From Guillardia theta CCMP2712 (lineage: Eukaryota; Protista; Cryptophyta): a stretch of 64,000 nt of DNA. The notes beneath the pieces are model-generated. The model saw nothing but the letters and a program-made list of their open reading frames with translations. It ran no database searches and was not told where the DNA came from. Numbering within the stretch: position 1 is the stretch's first letter; each line of letters begins with the position of its first letter. The position numbers were made by a program, and so were the translations under genes. Positions 1-6,747 of this stretch are shown in pieces. The DNA lies in NCBI RefSeq assembly GCF_000315625.1, contig NW_005434639.1, positions 1 through 64,000 on the forward strand. The letters run 5' to 3'.

Positions 1-202
1 CCTGCCTCAGATAAAGGGATCCTGCCTCAGATAAAGGGATCCTGCCTCAGATAAAGGGATCCTGCCTCAGATAAAGGGATCCTGCCTCAGATAAAGGGAT
101 CCTGCCTCAGATAAAGGGATCCTGCCTCAGATAAAGGGATCCTGCCTCAGATAAAGGGATCCTGCCTCAGATAAAGGGATCCTGCCTCAGATAAAGGGAT
201 CC
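1..202. repeat. Perfect 20-bp tandem array (CCTGCCTCAGATAAAGGGAT) x10, running off the window start
   Basis: Ten identical units read directly; same unit recurs at 14626-14879; no spacers. Confidence 0.98.
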
Positions 203-222
203 ACTAAACCCTAAACCCTAAA
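202..222 (-). repeat. Short telomeric tract (one CACTAAA variant + 2 CCCTAAA; TTTAGGG on -)
   Basis: cactaaa-ccctaaa-ccctaaa between the 20-mer array and the truncated collagen-like ORF. Confidence 0.9.
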
Positions 223-950
223 TTTTTACCCAACAAAGTTGTTCCATTAGAATTATAAAATTTGAGCTCTCCAGCATTTATTCCATTTGTTCCATTGTCT
301 CCTTTAGGTCCTGCCGCTGGTAAATTTATAGATGCTGATGAAACATTAGCATCTCCTATTTTTCCTAACAATTCTGTACCATCAACATTATAGAATTTTA
401 ATTCTCCTGCGTTTGTTCCTCTTGGAACATTTATAGAAGCTGTAGAAACATTAGAATCACCTATTTTAGCAAGTTCAATGGTTCCATCATAGTTTTTGAA
501 AATTATTTGACCCGCATTTTTTCCATTTGTTCCATTAGTTCCATTAGTTCCACTGTCTCCTTTATCTCCCTTTGGTCCTTGACTTCCAGTGCTTCCAGTA
601 TCTCCTTTATCCCCTTTATCACCTTTGATACCATCGGGTAGTGTTATATCTTGACTATTATAATTATTTAAAGTTATTGTCACATTTCCTGTTCTTGTAT
701 TCTTAAAATTTAGCTGAAATGTTTCAATTGTAGAAATATATCTTTGTTGTGCTTCATCATAATATATTTTAAATATTCCCTGTCTATCTGCTGAATCAAA
801 CAAATCTTTAATGTCTGTCTTAGCCGGCTCATTGTTGATGGTTAAGCTTCGTCTTATATTGTTATTTGTTGAAAGGCTTTGTTGTGTGCTCACTGTTTGA
901 TTATTTACAGTAATAAAAGAACCACCATATAAAATATTATCACATATCAA
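204..950 (-). CDS. Collagen-like (G-X-Y) fibre/tail-type protein, C-terminally truncated by telomere repeats
   Basis: GDKGDKGDTGSTGSQGPKGDKGDSGTNGTNGTNG plus three NAG(E/Q)xxFxNxxGTxxLxKIGD repeats; the third breaks off into telomere-encoded NLGFRV. Confidence 0.75.
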   Translation of the reverse strand: MICDNILYGGSFITVNNQTVSTQQSLSTNNNIRRSLTINNEPAKTDIKDLFDSADRQGIFKIYYDEAQQRYISTIETFQLNFKNTRTGNVTITLNNYNSQDITLPDGIKGDKGDKGDTGSTGSQGPKGDKGDSGTNGTNGTNGKNAGQIIFKNYDGTIELAKIGDSNVSTASINVPRGTNAGELKFYNVDGTELLGKIGDANVSSASINLPAAGPKGDNGTNGINAGELKFYNSNGTTLLGKNLGFRV

Positions 951-2637
951 ATGGTCTAAGTGAAGCCCTCCAGTTATCTTCGTTTTTTACATTGTCAACA
1001 TCTCCATTGTTTATTTTAGAAGCCTTCATCCTCAGATCCGTACACCAGTTTGTAGCATTCATTACAATATTACATATCCCCCTATTAGCTGAGTATCTGC
1101 CATCTTTTAGGATGTAGTTTCTAATGTTATAATTATAAATTACAATTGGATGTAATTGATACCAATTCGCCGTCGGTGGCGTGATATCCATAGCCACCAA
1201 AACACCATTCAGATACACCTTAAATATATCTTTGGATATGCTGAAAGCGTAATGATTCCAATCGTAAAACAATGTTTTATCATTCGCAAAATTATTGTTA
1301 ATGATAACAGACCTCAAATTCTCAACCCTTTGATGTAAATTATTAATATATACAATCTTGACCCGCAGCCCCAAAAATTTATCAGGCAAGGAATCATCAT
1401 CTGAAATAATCCAGTAAAATTCAGTCCCATCATAAAAACCATCGTTGCCATTCTTATTTTCATATTTGATTTGAAAAAGCCTATATTCTTGTGTTCCGTT
1501 GTTTCTTGCCTCGTTCGTGTTGTCAAATCTCCACCAAAAAGAAAGGTTTATGTACTGAGAAAATAAAAGGTCATTTACTATTAAATTTTTATTGCTCTGA
1601 AAATTAAGTCTGTACGTTGATATGTTAAGTTTATACGTATCTTCAACAGTTCCTGTAAATTCAATGTTGTTATAAGATGTATTCAATAGGTTCTTTATTG
1701 ATAAACTTGTAGGACCAATAAAAACATCTCCTTTGACTGGTGACAATGAAAGAGGATATGTTATATTGAAATTATTGTTATTCAAAGCTAACTTATCCGA
1801 GAACGTTAAAGAATTATTGACTGTTAAATTATTTGTATTCACTGAGTTTTTTATTTCATTGTTGATAACATTATATAATATATTAGACTCAGAATATATG
1901 CGATTGTTTAATAGGTTTGAATCAGTTTTTAAATGATTGTATAATATATTTGATTCATTAAGTGTATGCTCATATAATATGTTTGATTCATTAAGTGTAT
2001 GCTCATATAATATGTTTGATTCAGTATATATATAATTGTATAATATGTTTGATTCAGTATATATATAATTGTATAATATGTTTGAAGTATTATTTACTTC
2101 TTGTTTTGTGTATGCGTCGATTATATTTGGAAGGTCTGTAAGCTGAGTATATGAGCTCACTAAGTCCGGAAGGTCTGTAAGCTGAGTGTATGAGCTCACC
2201 AAGTCCGGAAGGTCTGTAAGTCGAGTGTATGAGGTCACTAAATCCGGAAGGTCTGTAAGCTGAGTATAGGAGCTTACTAAATCCGGAAGGTCTGTAAGCT
2301 GCGTGTATGAAGTCACTAAATCAGGTAAATTTATTAATGTTTCATAGTCGATATTTTGTAATTTTACATCTATTTCTGATTTATCATAATAGTTATCTAG
2401 CTCAGCGCTTAGTTCTGTTGTATCTATAAATTTATCATCTGTTTCTTGTTTTGTATATACTGAAAAATCTATCTCTCCTTTATTGTAATAATTCAAAAGC
2501 TCATTATCAACATAAGCTATTATCTCTGCCTTTTGGGCACCTATCTTAGCACCTAAATCATTAGATGTATTTAATAACTCTTGCTGTGATAATTGATAAC
2601 CACGACCAGCAACCCAATTTAAATTATCATAGCTCAT
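940..2637 (-). CDS. Repeat-rich viral fibre/structural-type protein with C-terminal ConA/LamG-like lectin domain
   Basis: 565-aa ORF; 13-aa (TDLPDLVSSYTQL) and 11-aa (ESNILYNYIYT) repeats; ISFWWR...WNHYAFS...KVYLNG-type LamG pattern. Confidence 0.65.
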   Translation of the reverse strand: MSYDNLNWVAGRGYQLSQQELLNTSNDLGAKIGAQKAEIIAYVDNELLNYYNKGEIDFSVYTKQETDDKFIDTTELSAELDNYYDKSEIDVKLQNIDYETLINLPDLVTSYTQLTDLPDLVSSYTQLTDLPDLVTSYTRLTDLPDLVSSYTQLTDLPDLVSSYTQLTDLPNIIDAYTKQEVNNTSNILYNYIYTESNILYNYIYTESNILYEHTLNESNILYEHTLNESNILYNHLKTDSNLLNNRIYSESNILYNVINNEIKNSVNTNNLTVNNSLTFSDKLALNNNNFNITYPLSLSPVKGDVFIGPTSLSIKNLLNTSYNNIEFTGTVEDTYKLNISTYRLNFQSNKNLIVNDLLFSQYINLSFWWRFDNTNEARNNGTQEYRLFQIKYENKNGNDGFYDGTEFYWIISDDDSLPDKFLGLRVKIVYINNLHQRVENLRSVIINNNFANDKTLFYDWNHYAFSISKDIFKVYLNGVLVAMDITPPTANWYQLHPIVIYNYNIRNYILKDGRYSANRGICNIVMNATNWCTDLRMKASKINNGDVDNVKNEDNWRASLRPFDM

Positions 2638-2643
2638 ATTTTA

Positions 2644-2904
2644 TTAATCACTCATATTTAATTTTTTAAGCTCCTCTCTGGCCTTCCTATTGAATTCTTC
2701 CCAAAAATTATTACATTTTATATTATCTTCCATAGTAAAATAAAGCGTGGTCTTTTCATTTGTTATATTAAATTCTTTTGATATCTCAGCATTTTGTTTA
2801 ATTATCTTATTTCTATAATATTCTCTCGACATCTGCTTTTTTTTCTCTATATATATTGGGTCTATTCTGTATTTATTAAAGTTCATTTTATTAAAACAGA
2901 GCAA
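2644..2904 (-). CDS. Small basic hypothetical viral-type protein
   Basis: 86-aa ORF exactly filling the gap between two larger ORFs of the cassette. Confidence 0.45.
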   Translation of the reverse strand: MLCFNKMNFNKYRIDPIYIEKKKQMSREYYRNKIIKQNAEISKEFNITNEKTTLYFTMEDNIKCNNFWEEFNRKAREELKKLNMSD

Positions 2905-2909
2905 AATAA

Positions 2910-3680
2910 ATGAGCAACCCGAGAGGCAGCAAAAACGGAGAGGTCGTTTTTAATTCTAAAAATGACGAAGGCATGTTATGGGATGAGTTCAAAATAAAAT
3001 ATAATGAATACTTAAACACTAGCGCCTTCTATATTATAAGAACCCCTAAAACAATAAATGGAAAAGGTAACCTTATAAAACTTGGTATATCTTCCGTTGG
3101 TTCTTCTGAAATCATAAGGAGGTTATCAGACTATGAAAAATATTATGATGGAGACTTTAGGGTATTACATCTTAGGGTTTGGTATCAGTATGTAAAAGGA
3201 ACAAATCAGGAGGGAGCGCCTCAGGAACGTTTCGAGTTGAAAACTAAGCGAAGGATGAAAGAACTAACATCATCAGCTTATGGTAATGAATGGTATAAGT
3301 CAAATGACTTAAAAACTCTACGCGATGTATTGAAAGAGTTTGATAAAGAAAATGAAGATATAAATTATGTACCACCAGAACGCAATAAGTCGCGTAAGGC
3401 AAAGCAAATATCAACCGATACCCTAGTAAGGGTTAAATATGGAAACAAATATTTTAATGGTGTTATATATAATATATCTGTGAAGGATAATAAACCGTGG
3501 TTTAGTGTTATATTTTTCAAAGACTATAAAATTAATAATAATGATTTAGGAGGATATGACAAGGAAGAGATAAGAGAGGCTATAACCAAATATGAAGATT
3601 GGGAAGAAAAAAACAAAGAACTTTCAAAAAAGCTCAAATCTGAATGGTCTAGGTTTAAAAATAAGGAAGGTATCCATTAA
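2910..3680 (+). CDS. GIY-YIG superfamily (T5orf172/MUG113-like) nuclease with possible C-terminal Tudor-like domain
   Basis: FYIIR...LIKLGIS...RRL..Y...E...GNEWY motif order; C-terminal VRVKYGNKYFNGVI...FSVIFFKDY. Confidence 0.6.
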   Translation: MSNPRGSKNGEVVFNSKNDEGMLWDEFKIKYNEYLNTSAFYIIRTPKTINGKGNLIKLGISSVGSSEIIRRLSDYEKYYDGDFRVLHLRVWYQYVKGTNQEGAPQERFELKTKRRMKELTSSAYGNEWYKSNDLKTLRDVLKEFDKENEDINYVPPERNKSRKAKQISTDTLVRVKYGNKYFNGVIYNISVKDNKPWFSVIFFKDYKINNNDLGGYDKEEIREAITKYEDWEEKNKELSKKLKSEWSRFKNKEGIH

Positions 3681-3760
3681 GTCGGGTCTTATGACATAAT
3701 ATGAAATTTTATCTTCTTCTAAAAGTAAATATACCATTTAATATATTTTGAGATATTAAA

Positions 3761-4132
3761 ATGTCTGAACCTAGAGATAAAGAATTATATGAAAAGATTA
3801 AAAAGAAAATAACAGACAAATATAAGCCCTCAGCATATAGGAGTGGTCTTATTGTAAAAGAATATAAAAGAGAGTATTTTAAGAAACATAAGAATAATAA
3901 TTCTTACACAGGTGATAAGAAAAAAAGTAACCTTAAAAGATGGTTTAATGAGAAATGGAGGAATCAGAGAGGAGAGGTAGGATATGATAAGAAAGGTGAC
4001 ATATACCGACCGACAAAAAGAATTAACAGTAAGACCCCTATAACAATAAAAGAGCTTTCACCCTCACAAATAAAGAGGGCTCAAGAAGTAAAGAAGGCCA
4101 CAGGAAGAGTTAAGAATTTTTCTAAGTTATGA
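3761..4132 (+). CDS. Small basic protein of a large-DNA-virus family (DUF5872-like)
   Basis: P.DKELYEKIK...PSAYRSGLIVKEYK...LKRWFNEKW...YRPTKRINSKTPIT.EL; family recalled from memory, not searched. Confidence 0.6.
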   Translation: MSEPRDKELYEKIKKKITDKYKPSAYRSGLIVKEYKREYFKKHKNNNSYTGDKKKSNLKRWFNEKWRNQRGEVGYDKKGDIYRPTKRINSKTPITIKELSPSQIKRAQEVKKATGRVKNFSKL

Positions 4133-4159
4133 GTGCGTGCCCGCCTCAGGAGATGGCCA

Positions 4160-4243
4160 TTTTTCGTTTTTTTCTTGCGGGAATCGAACCCGCGCGCTTA
4201 TCGCCGTAACGATGGCATATTGGCCACTCGACTATTAGGTCTT
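4160..4243 (-). ncRNA. tRNA-derived/Pol III-type element (A box + B box with T-arm), no intact cloverleaf
   Basis: Minus strand TAGTCGAGTGG (A box) ... GCGGGTTCGATTCCCGC (T-arm/B box); TATATA ~25-30 nt upstream; A-rich run downstream. Confidence 0.6.
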
Positions 4244-4648
4244 TTAGGGGGTAGGGGTGGTAGTCCTATATAAAATAAATTCTCATGCGTATTTTTGGGA
4301 GGGTACGCATAAGATACACACAGAGACAATGCGAAAAAATTTTTCGCATGAGAATGATAAGAAAATATTTTATTTTTCTTGAATTTCACACATCACATGT
4401 GAAAAAACACAAAACTTCACACTGAAAATCACAAAAAACAAAAAAATTTCAATCAAAACACATCAAGACCATAAGCCCAACGGAGTGACAGAGAGCCCCA
4501 TCATTCATTCCCCTTCCCCCCCCAGTCGCCCACCTCTTCCCTCCATGACCCTGAGCTGCGCCTGTCTCCTTGGTGCTAGGCTTGTTTTCCTTCCCTGCCT
4601 GTGCTCCATAGGTGGCTTGCCCATGAGCCGCGCCTGCCCCCCATCGGA

Positions 4649-6709
4649 CTAGGTCGACTCGCTTCCCCTTCTTGCCGTCCATAGCATGTGTTGCACCTCC
4701 AGCAGTTGCTTGATTGCTGCTGTCTTGATGCCTTCCCATTCCGTGTCTTCCACCCTTAGCACCCTGAAATTCTCATGCCATTCCCTTTCCATGATCGATC
4801 CTTTCACTCCTGCTATGAATGTTGCTTGTTCAACTTCATGGTCAGGTAGCAAAACTGTGATTTCTGCTCGTAGGGGGGCATATTTCTCTTCCTTTTCCTG
4901 AAATTTCTTCTTCAGGCATTCCAGGCTTGTTTGTTCGACTCCGTCATATTCCAATGTCCTTGCAAATTCGATGAGGACAATGCGTTTGATGCTTGCAAAG
5001 TAGCAGCAACCGTCAGGTATCCAGTGCCCTTCTCGGTGCATTGAAGTCCCCATCGCTTCCATCACGATGCGTATTGGAGTGTCCCACCATGAATTGACCT
5101 GTACCCTTTGTTTCCTCCAACTCTGCTGCAGTCTTACCTTGATCTTCTTCGTGACTTCATTGTGTGCTTTTTGAATCATATCTTGAAACTGCTTGCACGC
5201 TAGCTGAACATGACCCCAGGTTTCTTCTCGGTCTGGACAGTGAGGACAACATGGTGAGTTAGTCTTCCCCCATTGAAAGAGCTTCTTCCTCGTCGGTGCT
5301 GAGAAGGTGATCGCTTGGATAGCTGTTCGCGTAACTGACCCTTCGCATTGTTTGAACCCTCTCCCTAGTAAATCTCTTCCCACATGCATTTCGAGCATGA
5401 ATTTCTCTGTCAAGGTGAGGTCTCCCGCTCGAATCCTTGCCACCATTGTCTGTTGTCTGATAATGTAGTCCCATTTCTTCAAGCGATCGAATCCTGATGT
5501 AGGATTTTCTTCTCCTGCAATGATGAATTCCATTGGACTATCGTAGATTGCTTTCTCCCATCCCGAGGCAAATGTTTGTTTTGCTTGCTTGGCCATTTCC
5601 TTTGCCTCTTGAATGTTTCTATGAGATTCTTTTGCTAGTTGGAGTCGGATCCTGATTCCCCTCCCTTCGAGTTTCCTCATGCAAGTGAGTAACCGATCAT
5701 GTAAGTCCTCCAGCAGTTCGTCTTCGTATCGCATGGTATCCATTCGCAACGTATTTGTCATAAAGCGGTGGAAACGTGTGGACTGGTACATTATTGTGAC
5801 TTGATTTCCCCTTTTGATCTGTATTCCTTCCTCAAGGACATGTTGCAGAAGTAAACCGATTGCGATTGTGTTCGCTCGGATGATGCTGCACTTCCCATTG
5901 ATTTTCATCCCTCCTCCTGACGTCATCTCTTTTTGTTGGAGAACATATCCTACTCGCATGGATCTGTTTTTTCTGCCCTGCATGATGTCTCCTTCAATAG
6001 CTGCTGTGAAATGCCTTCCGCCTTGATGATCGCTGCACGGCTGGATCTGATCCCTTCGTCTGTTACACAGCTCCTCATACGTTGGGAGGATGTTGTCCTG
6101 AAGCTGGACTCGTAAGTATGTTGGGAGTGTGTGCCTAACTAGTATCCATAACTCCTCTGCAGTCTTCATCAAACACCTATTCCCTGTTTGCCAGAAGTTT
6201 GCTGCATAAGCTATTTGAGCGCCTTTCGGGACCCGGCTGATAATTTCAAAACCTTCTGGTATCTCATCAATGTTATTCTTCCATCCTATCAGAATGACAT
6301 GTATTGTATCCAGGATTTGTTCACGAAATCTCTCTTGTTTGTCCATCCAAACCACCACTCTGTGCAGTTCCCTTGCTCTCTTCTTGTCCAGAGCCTGGGG
6401 ATGTGTGTGTAGGGTAGGCCAGTTACGAAATGTACTGATGTCGCATGCTGTAATCTCTGCTAGATGTTGTAAAAACTCGTATGCCAATGGTTGTGTTGTT
6501 TCTTGGCGAACCTCTGATACTACCTCCTCGAGTTGTTGCCACCATGCTGTAGCTTCTGTTTCGCCGTCGTCCAATGCATTAACTATTTCCAGCAGCAGAT
6601 GGATGCTTTGATTGCAGTCTCTTCGGTTATTACCGTCCTCTTCCCTTGTTGCAGATGTGAAGGGAGCCGAGTCCAGTGACGCTTCCAACCATTCTATTGG
6701 TGGATCCAC
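4649..6709 (-). CDS. ORF2 C-terminal fragment: degenerate RNase H-like domain, CCHC zinc knuckle, restriction-like (PD-(D/E)xK) endonuclease
   Basis: CPHC...ETWGHVQLAC, KAHNEV, WIPDG...VLIEFAR, EKEEKY match the RLE-type non-LTR signature. Confidence 0.85.
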   Translation of the reverse strand: MDPPIEWLEASLDSAPFTSATREEDGNNRRDCNQSIHLLLEIVNALDDGETEATAWWQQLEEVVSEVRQETTQPLAYEFLQHLAEITACDISTFRNWPTLHTHPQALDKKRARELHRVVVWMDKQERFREQILDTIHVILIGWKNNIDEIPEGFEIISRVPKGAQIAYAANFWQTGNRCLMKTAEELWILVRHTLPTYLRVQLQDNILPTYEELCNRRRDQIQPCSDHQGGRHFTAAIEGDIMQGRKNRSMRVGYVLQQKEMTSGGGMKINGKCSIIRANTIAIGLLLQHVLEEGIQIKRGNQVTIMYQSTRFHRFMTNTLRMDTMRYEDELLEDLHDRLLTCMRKLEGRGIRIRLQLAKESHRNIQEAKEMAKQAKQTFASGWEKAIYDSPMEFIIAGEENPTSGFDRLKKWDYIIRQQTMVARIRAGDLTLTEKFMLEMHVGRDLLGRGFKQCEGSVTRTAIQAITFSAPTRKKLFQWGKTNSPCCPHCPDREETWGHVQLACKQFQDMIQKAHNEVTKKIKVRLQQSWRKQRVQVNSWWDTPIRIVMEAMGTSMHREGHWIPDGCCYFASIKRIVLIEFARTLEYDGVEQTSLECLKKKFQEKEEKYAPLRAEITVLLPDHEVEQATFIAGVKGSIMEREWHENFRVLRVEDTEWEGIKTAAIKQLLEVQHMLWTARRGSEST

Positions 6710-6747
6710 GGTCTTGCTTTCTTCAATTTGAGATCGCTCAAAGATGG

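Larger units (their letters stand above)
223..4132. mobile_element. AT-rich, intronless, densely packed virus-like cassette (Polinton-like virus/virophage/NCLDV-type fragment), truncated at its distal end
   Basis: Sharp compositional contrast with flanks; ORFs abut with gaps of a few nt; fibre/collagen, lectin-like, GIY-YIG-like and small basic viral-type proteins. No capsid, packaging ATPase or polymerase in the window. Confidence 0.7.

Noticed and set aside
1-202. CRISPR array interpretation of the 20-bp repeats (also the 28-bp repeats at 56082-56163)
   Set aside because: Units are head-to-tail with no spacers, there are no cas genes, and the context is eukaryotic.
4172-4243. Functional tRNA gene
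   Set aside because: No acceptor stem pairing and no canonical 7-nt anticodon loop; kept only as a tRNA-like element.
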